Positions 45,006 through 53,813 of a stretch of 64,000 nucleotides of DNA are shown in pieces (position 1 is the first letter of the stretch; every line of letters starts with the position of its first letter). Source of the stretch: Bacteroidales bacterium (GTDB taxonomy: Bacteria > Bacteroidota > Bacteroidia > Bacteroidales > UBA3824); the NCBI GenBank assembly GCA_017544805.1, contig JAFYDK010000088.1, positions 4,045 to 68,044 of the forward strand. Direction: 5' to 3'. The position numbers were made by a program, and so were the translations under genes. The notes beneath the pieces are model-generated. The model ran no database searches, was not told the DNA's origin, and saw only the letters and a program-made list of their open reading frames with translations.

Positions 45006-45881
45006 ATGATGACAAAAACAGAACTTACAGCGGCTATAAAATTGTTGGACGACCCGGACAAGGAAGTTTATAAAATCGTGGAACAAAAGATTTTGGATGA
45101 AGGTCCTCAAATTATTCCCGATTTAGTTGCTGCTTTTTCGGCTACCGACTCAAATTCTTTGATTCAGAAACGTCTTAAAACCTTGATTCCAGCTTTGGAA
45201 TTTCAGGAATTGAAAGATTATTTGACTATTTGGCGGACAAAGTCGGACGATTTTTTTAAACTGTTTTGGATGTTTTCAAAACTCAAATTTCCTTTTCTTT
45301 CACAAGAGGAATACGAAATGAAATTTTCTGAAATATATTCGCAGCTTCCCAAATATAGTGAACTTTCAAACTATACGCCGTGGGAAAAAATTAAGATTTT
45401 CAACTATTATTTTTACGGCAAATTAAGGTTTTCTCCGACTTTGGACGAAAAATGTTTTGATCCCGCTTATTGTTTTTTGCCTAACGTTTTGGAAACCAGA
45501 TTTGGTAATCCGATGTCAATGGCTGTGGTTTATATGTTATGTTCGCAGAGTTGCGGTTTTCCGATGATGGGAATCAATTTGCCGAAGAATTTTCTTTTGG
45601 CGTTTATAGACACAAATTTTCAAATTGCCTTTTATATTAACCCGTTCAACAAAGGAATTTCGTTTTCAAAAAACGAAATCGAGTTTTTTTTAAGGCAACA
45701 AAAACTAAAGACCGACAAGCAATTTTTCGTTCCTTGTACGGCGCAAACTATCGTTCTAAGATATTTGAATTACCTTAGATTTACTTTCAAAGCAAGTCAA
45801 GAGGATTCGCAAGCAGACAAAATTACATCCCTGATTAATCTGTTCGACAATCAGTTGGATGATAAAATAGAATGGGAGTAG
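45006..45881 (+). CDS. Transglutaminase-like / SirB1-family protein
   Basis: The block RFGNPMSMAVVYMLCSQSCGFPMMGINLPKNFLLAF resembles the SirB1 N-terminal transglutaminase-like core. The ORF-track start at 44985 is TTG, so I use ATG 45006. Confidence 0.5.
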   Translation: MMTKTELTAAIKLLDDPDKEVYKIVEQKILDEGPQIIPDLVAAFSATDSNSLIQKRLKTLIPALEFQELKDYLTIWRTKSDDFFKLFWMFSKLKFPFLSQEEYEMKFSEIYSQLPKYSELSNYTPWEKIKIFNYYFYGKLRFSPTLDEKCFDPAYCFLPNVLETRFGNPMSMAVVYMLCSQSCGFPMMGINLPKNFLLAFIDTNFQIAFYINPFNKGISFSKNEIEFFLRQQKLKTDKQFFVPCTAQTIVLRYLNYLRFTFKASQEDSQADKITSLINLFDNQLDDKIEWE

Positions 45882-46075
45882 TCTTTCTTGTCTCTCTTTT
45901 CTAACTTTTTATTTTTCTTTTAATTTTTAGCAAGTCGTTGTGTTTCAACTTCTTTCTTAGCTTATTGCTATGCACAATGCAACCATAGCTATAAACAGAA
46001 TAACAGCAAAATTTCTATTCATTTTTTTTAATTACTAAGTTTTTTTTCCGATTGCAAATGTAAGCTTTTTTTTAT

Positions 46076-46083
46076 TATTTTTG
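46076..46083 (+). promoter_or_regulatory. Candidate -7 box TATTTTTG upstream of dipeptidase gene
   Basis: TAnnTTTG match 32 nt upstream of ATG 46115. Confidence 0.45.
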
Positions 46084-46114
46084 CAAAAAAAATAGACTTA
46101 TTTTAGTAAAAAAA

Positions 46115-47833
46115 ATGAAAAGAATAATTTTAACGGTTTTACTTGCAGCGTTAATAAAAATTTCTCCTGCTTGTACAAATTTTTTGGTAACTAAATCTGT
46201 TTCGGGCGGTTGCGGCAATTTGATTTCGTATGCGGCCGATTCGCATCAACTTTACGGTGCGCTTTATTTTTATCCCGAACAGGACCACCCGCAGGGCTCT
46301 TTTAGAGAGATATATGATTGGGATTCAGGCAAATATATGGGCAGAATACCCGAAGTCTCGCATACTTTTAATGTTGTGGGCAACATGAATTCAAAACAAG
46401 TTTCGATTGCCGAGACCACATACGGCGGTCTTGATACGCTTCAGAGTCAAGACGGAGCTATTATAGATTACGGCAGCATGATTTATATTGCCTTGCAACG
46501 AGCCGAAACAGCCCGTCAGGCGATTAAAATAATGGCGGAACTTGCTGAAAATTATGGATATGCCTCGGAGGGCGAGTCTTTTTCGATTGCCGACAAAAAC
46601 GAAGTTTGGATTATGGAGGTAATCGGTAAAGGTAATTTTGAAAAAGGTATGGTTTGGGTTGCAAGGCGTGTTCCCGAAGGTTATATCTGTGCTCATGCTA
46701 ATCAAGCGCGTATTACGACTTTCAATTATCAGAAAGTCAATAAGTTTGACGATCCGAAAGCTGACACTTTCAATTCGCATGATGTTATACAATTTGCTAT
46801 CGATCATAATTTTTATAAAGGTTCTTTTAAGGATTTTAGTTTTTCAGACGTTTATAATCCCGTGGATTTTGAGGGTGCAAGATTTTGTGATATAAGGGTT
46901 TGGGCGTTTTTTGCCGCTGCCGACCCTGATGGTTTCGGTAAAAAATCTTCTTATTGGGATTATGCGAAAGGCAATGTTAAAAGAGAAATAAAGTACGAAA
47001 AAGGTCAGTGTCAGACGAAAAAAAATTTCCCGACAAACCGTCTTCCGCTTTGGATAAAATCTAAGTATTTTGTTACTACTCACGGACTTATGAATCAGAT
47101 GCGAAATCATTTAGAGGGTACGGAATTGGATATGAGCAAGGATTTCGGAGCCGGGGCTTTCAATTGTCCTTACCGCTATCGTCCGCTTACTTTTGAGGTT
47201 GAGGGCAAGGAATATCTTAACGAGAGGACAACGGCAACACAGCAGACGGGTTGGGTTTTTGTTTCGCAGATGCGAAATTGGATGCCTGATTATTGCGGTG
47301 GAATTTTCTGGTTTGCAACCGATGATGCTGCTAATACGGTTTTTGCGCCGTTTTATTCTACGATTAATAAAGTTCCGGTGGAATATTCTATAGAGAACGG
47401 TTCAATGATAAAATGGTCAGAAAACTCATCGTTTTGGATTAATAATTTGATTGCTAATTTTGCATATTCGCGTTACAGATTGATTCATCCCGAGATCGAA
47501 AAAGTTCAGCAAAGGCAGGAAGAGGAGTTTATTTTTAAGACTTCTCAAATCGATAAACTCGTAATGAATGACCCTGATAATGCTGTTAAAATTTTGACTG
47601 AATTTTCATGTAATACGGCTTCGGATTTAGTGAAGTCGCGCAAGGAGCTTTTTGCAAAACTTTTTATGAAATTTATGGACGGTAACTGTAAGGAAACGGA
47701 TGAGAATCTCAACATCATTGACAATGGCAACGGTTTTGATATTCCTAAGGTTAAATATCCCGGTTACGGTGAAAAATGGCAGGAAGAGGTTGTAAAACAC
47801 ACCGGCGAAAAGCTCTTGATTAAAAACGAATAA
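46115..47833 (+). CDS. C69-family (Ntn-type) dipeptidase, secreted
   Basis: The signal peptide ends ...KISPA and is followed directly by CTNFLVTK (N-terminal nucleophile Cys). Size and internal blocks (ESFSIADKNEVWIMEV, WFATDDAANTVFAPFY) fit peptidase C69. Confidence 0.85.
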   Translation: MKRIILTVLLAALIKISPACTNFLVTKSVSGGCGNLISYAADSHQLYGALYFYPEQDHPQGSFREIYDWDSGKYMGRIPEVSHTFNVVGNMNSKQVSIAETTYGGLDTLQSQDGAIIDYGSMIYIALQRAETARQAIKIMAELAENYGYASEGESFSIADKNEVWIMEVIGKGNFEKGMVWVARRVPEGYICAHANQARITTFNYQKVNKFDDPKADTFNSHDVIQFAIDHNFYKGSFKDFSFSDVYNPVDFEGARFCDIRVWAFFAAADPDGFGKKSSYWDYAKGNVKREIKYEKGQCQTKKNFPTNRLPLWIKSKYFVTTHGLMNQMRNHLEGTELDMSKDFGAGAFNCPYRYRPLTFEVEGKEYLNERTTATQQTGWVFVSQMRNWMPDYCGGIFWFATDDAANTVFAPFYSTINKVPVEYSIENGSMIKWSENSSFWINNLIANFAYSRYRLIHPEIEKVQQRQEEEFIFKTSQIDKLVMNDPDNAVKILTEFSCNTASDLVKSRKELFAKLFMKFMDGNCKETDENLNIIDNGNGFDIPKVKYPGYGEKWQEEVVKHTGEKLLIKNE

Positions 47834-47858
47834 TTCTTTTTATTAATATAATTCAGCG

Positions 47859-49097
47859 ATGAAAGTTTTAAAAATTCCGCTGTCATGGCAGATAGTGGTT
47901 TCAATAATTGCTGCACTTTTGATTTGGTATGTTTTCCCTATGGCTGCGGCTTATTTGGGAGAACTTACCGAATTGTATATCAATGGTTTAACGCTATTGT
48001 TGGTGCCGTATGTATTTTTTACGTTGATGAGTGTTTTTTCGGCGGAAAGTTCCAATTTATTTTTCGGGCGCATCGTTTTGAAAAATCTTTTTTGGTTTGT
48101 TACGGTTGAAACTTTAGCCGCCGTTTTGTCGTTGCTTATTTCAAATATATTTTTCATGGATTCCGTAATCGAAACCTCAAATGCGGAAAATGTTCATTTT
48201 GAATTGCAACGGGATTTCGGCGATTTTGTATTTTTGGCATTGCCTAATAATATTTTTTCAGCCGTGATGGATCATAATTTGTTTTCCATTTTGTTGATAA
48301 CCTGCATTTTAGGTTTGCTTTCTTCACGCTGCAAAGATAGAACTCGGACATATTTTTCGTCTTTTTTCTCATCGTTTTCGGATTTGGTGGAAAAATGCGC
48401 TGTTTTTGCCTCTAATCTTTCACCGCTTGGCATTTTCTTTTTCGTTTGCAAACTTGCCTCTGACGGTAATATTTTTGACAATTTTGAAAAAATAATACCA
48501 TTTTTGTTAGCGGTTGCGGTTGCTTTGTTGATTCATTGCATGGTGGTTTTGCCGGTGATTGTAAAAGTTTTTACAAAACGCAGTCCGTTTCAAGTGATGA
48601 AAGTATTTTCAAGTTCGCTTTTTATAACGCTTTCGGCTCGTTCACCGATTTTAGCGTTGCCTTTTGTTTCCGAGAAAATGAAAAATGAGGCGGGAATCTC
48701 TTCAAGGGTTTCGTTTTTGTCGTTGCCGGTAACAGGAGTTTTGAGTTTTAACGGAACGACCGTTTTTTTGACGGTTGCGGCAATGTATATTGCTCAGGCA
48801 TACGGAATTAATCTTTCAGTTATAGAGCAATTAACGCTTGTTTTTTCGGTGATTTTTATATGCGTTGCCAACTTTGATTTTCCCTTGAAAATGACGGTTT
48901 TGTTGTTTCCTGTTTTGGAGAGAATCGGTATTCCGATAGAGGGGCTTGGTATTTTGGCGTGTTGTGATTTATGCTTTTCGATGATTGCCTCCGCTGCTGA
49001 TATGTGGGGAAATGTTTGCGCTACTTTAGTTATTGCGAAATCGGAAGGCGATAATATTAAATTTCCTTTTGACGAAATAAAACCTCCTTCTGAATAA
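47859..49097 (+). CDS. Dicarboxylate/amino acid:cation symporter (DAACS/SDF) family protein, divergent
   Basis: Multi-TM protein. The segment SARSPILALPFVSEKMKNEAGISSRVSFLSLPVTGVLSFNGTTVFLTVAAMYIAQAYGI aligns to the family HP1-TM7 region (SSS..TLP...G.S......LPLGATINMDGTALY..VAA.FIAQ). Confidence 0.7.
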   Translation: MKVLKIPLSWQIVVSIIAALLIWYVFPMAAAYLGELTELYINGLTLLLVPYVFFTLMSVFSAESSNLFFGRIVLKNLFWFVTVETLAAVLSLLISNIFFMDSVIETSNAENVHFELQRDFGDFVFLALPNNIFSAVMDHNLFSILLITCILGLLSSRCKDRTRTYFSSFFSSFSDLVEKCAVFASNLSPLGIFFFVCKLASDGNIFDNFEKIIPFLLAVAVALLIHCMVVLPVIVKVFTKRSPFQVMKVFSSSLFITLSARSPILALPFVSEKMKNEAGISSRVSFLSLPVTGVLSFNGTTVFLTVAAMYIAQAYGINLSVIEQLTLVFSVIFICVANFDFPLKMTVLLFPVLERIGIPIEGLGILACCDLCFSMIASAADMWGNVCATLVIAKSEGDNIKFPFDEIKPPSE

Positions 49098-49137
49098 TTG
49101 AAAATTGAAAATTAAAAATTAAAAATTGAAAATTAAA
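49096..49137. repeat. Six tandem heptamers AATTRAA starting inside the stop codon
   Basis: The units read AATTGAA AATTGAA AATTAAA AATTAAA AATTGAA AATTAAA. The first unit overlaps the TAA stop (49095..49097). Confidence 0.9.
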
Positions 49138-49147
49138 TAATGACAAC

Positions 49148-49183
49148 AAAAAACCGTTGGAAAAATTTTCCAACGGTTTTTTT
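49148..49183. terminator. Bidirectional rho-independent terminator
   Basis: The sequence AAAAACCGTTGGAAAAATTTTCCAACGGTTTTTTT contains the stem CCGTTGGAA/TTCCAACGG with an A-run 5' and a T-run 3'. It lies between convergent genes 47859..49097 (+) and 49208..49573 (-). Confidence 0.75.
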
Positions 49184-49207
49184 CGTTTTTAAAAATATCA
49201 CTAATTT

Positions 49208-49573
49208 TTATGCTTTACTTGTTTTTGACTCGATAAGTTCTACTGCTTTTTCAACAGTATCCGTAATATTGAGTACGGTATCGAGTTGTGATATGGAAAT
49301 AAGTCTTTCAACGGCAGTTTGCAAACTTGTTAATACAAAAATACCGTTTGCGTTTTTGCATAATCTGTTGGCAACTAATATTGCGCTCAACCCTGAACTA
49401 TCGCAATAGCGAGCCTTTTTCAAATCGATGATAATGTTTTTTTCACCATTTCCGGCGATCAAAACGAGTTCCGATTTTACGGCAGGCGCAATATGCGTAT
49501 CCAACTTTTCAACTAAAACGCTTATTATCGTATAGTTATCTTTTTTTACAACTTCAAATTGTTTTTCGTCCAT
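49208..49573 (-). CDS. STAS-domain protein (anti-sigma-factor antagonist / SpoIIAA-like)
   Basis: 121 aa. It contains IIIDLKKARYCDSSGLSAILVANRL, the DSSG phospho-serine-type motif of STAS partner-switch proteins. Confidence 0.85.
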   Translation of the reverse strand: MDEKQFEVVKKDNYTIISVLVEKLDTHIAPAVKSELVLIAGNGEKNIIIDLKKARYCDSSGLSAILVANRLCKNANGIFVLTSLQTAVERLISISQLDTVLNITDTVEKAVELIESKTSKA

Positions 49574-49626
49574 GATGGGTTAAATTTTATCAGTTAAACA
49601 ACAATAAGCCGTTAATTATTTCAATA

Positions 49627-49657
49627 GAAAACTGACGCAAAAATTACGCCAGTTTTC
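49627..49657 (-). terminator. Weak hairpin downstream of rpsA
   Basis: The minus strand reads GAAAACTGGCGTAATTTTTGCGTCAGTTTTC: an 8-bp stem plus 2 more bp after a mismatch, with a poor U-tract. It may only attenuate read-through into the STAS gene. Confidence 0.3.
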
Positions 49658-49676
49658 TAATTTTTTTTACTTTTTT

Positions 49677-51587
49677 TTAGTTCTGACCTTCCAAAGTATC
49701 TTTCAATTTAGCTAACTCAGAAGAGAGGTCGCCAATTGTAGTCTTTTCGAGGCTGATTTTGTTAACGGGTTTAGCACCGCGATCTTTTTGTTTGTCTCCG
49801 GCTTTCTTTTCAGAAGCACCGCCGACTTTTTTAGCATCTTCCCAAACTCTTGTGTGAGAAAGGATGATACGTTTAGCAGCTTTAGAGAATTCCAAAACCT
49901 TGAACTGAAGTTTTTCGTCTACTTTGCAAGTAGTACCGTCTTCTTTTACAAGGTGTCTCGGAGTAGCGAAACCTTCAACGCCGTAAGGAAGAGCGATGAT
50001 TGCGCCTTTGTCGAAAATGCTCAATATTGTGCCTTCGTGTACGCTGTCAACGTTGAAAATAGTTTCAAAAGTATCCCAAGGATTCTCTTCTAACTGTTTG
50101 TGTCCGAGGCTCAAACGACGGTTTTCTTTGTCGATGTCAAGAACAACAACTTCGATTTCGTCGCCGATAGAGGTGAACTCGTTCGGGTGTTTGATTTTTT
50201 TCGTCCAAGAAAGGTCAGAAATATGAATCAAACCGTCTACGCCCTCTTCGATTTCAACGAATACGCCGAAATTGGTGAAGTTGCGTACTTTAGCAATGTG
50301 TTTAGAGTCGATTTTGTATTTTTCTTCGATGTTAGCCCAAGGATCCGGTTTGAGTTGTTTGATACCCAAAGACATTTTTCTTTCTTCTCTGTCGAGTGTA
50401 AGAATTTGAGCTTCAACTTCATCGCCGACTTTGAGGAATTCCTGAGCCTGACGCAAGTGCTGAGACCAAGACATTTCAGAAACGTGAATAAGACCTTCAA
50501 CGCCCGGAGCGATTTCAACGAATGCACCGTAATCAGCCAAAACAACAACTTTACCTTTAACTTTGTCACCGACTTTGAGGTTCGGATCAAGAGCCTCCCA
50601 CGGATGAGGAGTAAGTTGTTTAAGACCCAAAGCGATACGTTTTTTCTCGTCATCGAAATCAAGGATAACAACTTGAAGTTTCTGATCCAAGTGAACGATT
50701 TCTTCCGGATGAGAAACTCTGCCCCATGAAAGGTCGGTGATGTGGATAAGACCGTCTACGCCGCCGAGGTCGATGAATACACCGTAAGAGGTGATATTCT
50801 TAACGATACCTTCAAGGATTTGACCTTTTTCGAGTTTAGAGATAATATCTTTTTTCTGTTGTTCGAGTTCTGCCTCGATGAGAGCTTTGTGAGATACAAC
50901 AACGTTTTTGAATTCTTGATTGATTTTAACAACTTTGAATTCCATTGTTTTGCCGACATAAATATCGTAATCTCTGATAGGTTTAACATCGATTTGGCTG
51001 CCCGGCGAGAATGCTTCAATGCCGAATACATCAACAATCATGCCGCCTTTTGTACGACATTTGATGTAACCTTTAATAATTTCGTTATTTTCGAGAGCCT
51101 CATTAACTCTATCCCAAGAGCGCAATGCGCGTGCTTTTTTGTGAGAAAGAACTAAAGAGCCGTTCTTATCTTCTTGATTTTCAACATAAACCTCTACTTT
51201 ATCACCGATTTTCAAATCGGGATTGTAGCGGAATTCATTGAGGGATACGATACCCTCTGATTTGTAACCTACACTGATTACAACTTCACGAGTGTTTTTA
51301 GCGATAACTGTTCCGTCAACTACTTGATTTTCAACGATAGTGGACAACGTTTTGTTGTATTCGTCTTCAAGAGCTTTACGTTTTTCGGGAGCATAACCAG
51401 TACCTTTTTTGTTTGATACGCTGTCCCAATCAAAATCCATTGTTGAAGCGTTGGATTTGTAAGAATTGATAGGAATGATTTCTTCCTCTTCTGCTTCAGC
51501 GGCTTCAGCCTGCTGTGCTTGGTTTACGACTTTTTCCTCTCTTTCGAGCTCTTCATCGTAATTCTGATTGTTTTTTTTCGGTGTCAT
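49677..51587 (-). CDS. rpsA: 30S ribosomal protein S1
   Basis: Six S1 (OB-fold) repeats, e.g. GTVIAKNTREVVISVGYKSEGIV, GYIKCRTKGGMIVDVFGIEAF, GIVKNITSYGVFIDLGGVDGLIHITDLSW and GKVVVLADYGAFVEIAPGVEGLIHVSEMSW. The N-terminal extension is acidic. Confidence 0.96.
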   Translation of the reverse strand: MTPKKNNQNYDEELEREEKVVNQAQQAEAAEAEEEEIIPINSYKSNASTMDFDWDSVSNKKGTGYAPEKRKALEDEYNKTLSTIVENQVVDGTVIAKNTREVVISVGYKSEGIVSLNEFRYNPDLKIGDKVEVYVENQEDKNGSLVLSHKKARALRSWDRVNEALENNEIIKGYIKCRTKGGMIVDVFGIEAFSPGSQIDVKPIRDYDIYVGKTMEFKVVKINQEFKNVVVSHKALIEAELEQQKKDIISKLEKGQILEGIVKNITSYGVFIDLGGVDGLIHITDLSWGRVSHPEEIVHLDQKLQVVILDFDDEKKRIALGLKQLTPHPWEALDPNLKVGDKVKGKVVVLADYGAFVEIAPGVEGLIHVSEMSWSQHLRQAQEFLKVGDEVEAQILTLDREERKMSLGIKQLKPDPWANIEEKYKIDSKHIAKVRNFTNFGVFVEIEEGVDGLIHISDLSWTKKIKHPNEFTSIGDEIEVVVLDIDKENRRLSLGHKQLEENPWDTFETIFNVDSVHEGTILSIFDKGAIIALPYGVEGFATPRHLVKEDGTTCKVDEKLQFKVLEFSKAAKRIILSHTRVWEDAKKVGGASEKKAGDKQKDRGAKPVNKISLEKTTIGDLSSELAKLKDTLEGQN

Positions 51588-51656
51588 TTAAAATAATTAA
51601 TGTTTGTAATAATTTTAATTTGTTAGACTTTATTTATAGATATAAATTCTCGGCTG

Positions 51657-51664
51657 CAAAGTTA
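51657..51664 (-). promoter_or_regulatory. Candidate -7 box (TAACTTTG on minus strand) for rpsA
   Basis: The + strand reads CAAAGTTA, 70 nt upstream of ATG 51587. Confidence 0.4.
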
Positions 51665-51838
51665 AAACTATTTTTTTGATTATCACAAACTTTTTTTATA
51701 TTTTGATGTTGTTTTTGTGTTAAGTTTTTGAAAAGAACTTTAATTTATGACTTTTTAATAAATTTTATTTTGTCGTTAATTAAAATTTAACTACTTTAGA
51801 CCTTTAAATTTTAGGGTATTTAAAAAAATAGGAAAAAA

Positions 51839-52858
51839 TTGAAAATCAATATTTTAGGTATAGAGTCTTCTTGCGATGACACCTCTGCCGCCATTGTTAG
51901 CGACGGTGTTTTGCTCTCTAACGTGATTGCAAGTCAAGCCGTACACGCCTCTTACGGTGGTGTTGTACCCGAACTTGCCTCAAGAGCGCATCAACAAAAC
52001 ATAATTCCTGTCGTTGATGCTGCTATTAAACAATCCGGAATTTCAAAAGACGAAATCTCCGCTGTGGCTTTTACACGGGGTCCGGGGCTTTTGGGCTCGC
52101 TTTTGGTCGGAGTATCTTTTGCTAAAGGTTTTGCTCTTGCTAAAAATATTCCGATGATAGAAATCAATCACCTTCAAGGTCATGTATTGAGTTGGTTTGT
52201 AAAAGAAAAAGATAAGGAGCATAAAAATCCTGATTTTCCGTTTTTAACGCTTTTGGTATCGGGCGGTCATACTCAAATTATAAAGGTGAAGGGCTATTTT
52301 GATATGGAAATTATCGGCAGCACTATTGATGATGCCGCAGGCGAGGCTTTTGACAAATGCGCTAAAGTTATGGGATTAGGTTATCCCGGCGGGCCAATAA
52401 TTGATAAATATGCTCATGAAGGCGATGACAAAAAGTTTAAATTTGCCAAACCGAATATCAAAGGATTGGATTTTAGTTTTTCGGGTTTAAAAACCTCTTT
52501 TCTTTACACCTTGAGGGACGAAATGGAACAAAATCCGAACTTTATTGATGAGAATATCAAAGACTTATGCGCTTCGCTTCAGTCTACGATTATAAATATT
52601 TTGATTGATAAACTTAAAAAAGCCGTTAAAGAGACCGGCATCCGTCAAATTACAATCGGTGGTGGTGTTGCCGCTAATTCGGGTTTGAGGGATACGTTGG
52701 CAGAGACGGCAAAAAAATACGGTTGGGAAGTTTTTATTCCCGAAAGGAAATACACAACGGATAATGCTGCTATGATTGCCGGAGCTGGTTATTTTAAATT
52801 TTTAGAAGGAAAATTTACGACGATGGATATTGCGCCGGATGCAAGATTAAAATTTTGA
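51839..52858 (+). CDS. tsaD: tRNA N6-adenosine threonylcarbamoyltransferase TsaD (Kae1/Gcp family), TTG start
   Basis: ILGIESSCDDTSAA, RGPGLLGSLLVG, HLQGH, LLVSGGHTQ, GEAFDK and GGGVAANS. The in-frame stop at 51821 and the first internal ATG more than 100 codons in force a non-ATG start, and TTG at 51839 fits. Confidence 0.95.
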   Translation: MKINILGIESSCDDTSAAIVSDGVLLSNVIASQAVHASYGGVVPELASRAHQQNIIPVVDAAIKQSGISKDEISAVAFTRGPGLLGSLLVGVSFAKGFALAKNIPMIEINHLQGHVLSWFVKEKDKEHKNPDFPFLTLLVSGGHTQIIKVKGYFDMEIIGSTIDDAAGEAFDKCAKVMGLGYPGGPIIDKYAHEGDDKKFKFAKPNIKGLDFSFSGLKTSFLYTLRDEMEQNPNFIDENIKDLCASLQSTIINILIDKLKKAVKETGIRQITIGGGVAANSGLRDTLAETAKKYGWEVFIPERKYTTDNAAMIAGAGYFKFLEGKFTTMDIAPDARLKF

Positions 52859-52861
52859 GAT

Positions 52862-53779
52862 ATGAGAGAAATCGAAACCAGGATAACAACAATTGAAAAA
52901 TCGCTTTATTACCTTATAAATGAGGACGACTCAAGTAATGTGATTTCAAAAAGTTTCAATTACTTTTTGATGTTTTTGATTATATTATCGGTAGGGGAGA
53001 TGGCATTGGAAACCGATGAAAATATTTATATACCGTACAAAAAATATTTCGATGCGTTCGACTTTTTTACGGTTATGGTTTTTTCTACCGAATATATTAT
53101 AAGGATATTAACAGCTCATTTGGCTGATCCTAATTATTCTAAACATCAAAGCCGCGCCAAAAGTATAAAGCATTATATTTTTTCTTTTGGCGGCATTGTG
53201 GATTTGGTTTCTATAATACCTTATTATTTGACTTTCACCTCAATAGATTTGAGGGTTTTGAGGTCGATAAGACTTTTGAGATTTTTCAGGGTTTTCAAGA
53301 TTGCCCGTTACAATTCTTCTATCGACCTTATCATTGCAGTGATAAGGGAAAAGCGTTCGGAGCTTTCGGTTGTTATGGGGCTTATTATAATAGTGATGAT
53401 TATTGCCTCGTTTATGATGTATTACGCCGAGCAAGATACTAATAAGGAGATGTTTCCGAATGTTTTAAGCTGTTTTTGGTGGTCAATAGTAACGCTGACA
53501 ACAATCGGTTACGGCGATGTTTATCCCATAACTTTTATCGGAAAAATAGTCGGTGCTTTGATGGCAATTTTAGGAATAGGACTTGTTGCAATGCCTACCG
53601 GTATTATCAGCGCAGGCTTTTTGGAAAAAATTAACGAAAAGGCTAAGGAAAAAGAGGAGGCAAAGAAAGAAGAAAACGAAGAGACAACAAAAGAAAAGAA
53701 AAATTCAGAAGAAAAAAAGGAAAAACAAGAAGTATACGAAAAACATTTTTGCCCGTATTGCGGCAAACCGTTGGATTAG
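52862..53779 (+). CDS. Voltage-gated-type K+ channel (6-TM, S4 Arg repeat, TTIGYGD filter) with K/E-rich tail ending in CPYCG
   Basis: S4 reads LRVLRSIRLLRFFRVFKIAR and the selectivity filter reads TLTTIGYGD (53498..53518). The C-terminal roughly 55 aa are K/E low complexity, followed by HFCPYCGKPLD. Confidence 0.88.
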   Translation: MREIETRITTIEKSLYYLINEDDSSNVISKSFNYFLMFLIILSVGEMALETDENIYIPYKKYFDAFDFFTVMVFSTEYIIRILTAHLADPNYSKHQSRAKSIKHYIFSFGGIVDLVSIIPYYLTFTSIDLRVLRSIRLLRFFRVFKIARYNSSIDLIIAVIREKRSELSVVMGLIIIVMIIASFMMYYAEQDTNKEMFPNVLSCFWWSIVTLTTIGYGDVYPITFIGKIVGALMAILGIGLVAMPTGIISAGFLEKINEKAKEKEEAKKEENEETTKEKKNSEEKKEKQEVYEKHFCPYCGKPLD

Positions 53780-53813
53780 TTTTTTTGTTTAACAATAAAA
53801 GCGTAAAAAAAAT

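Noticed and set aside
50100-50729. 209-aa + strand ORF (and several 76-144-aa ORFs on both strands) inside rpsA
   Set aside because: They lie wholly inside, antisense to or out of frame with, a very well supported S1 gene. Their translations are low-complexity (F/V/N/R-rich) with no motifs. They are a by-product of the repetitive S1-domain codon pattern.
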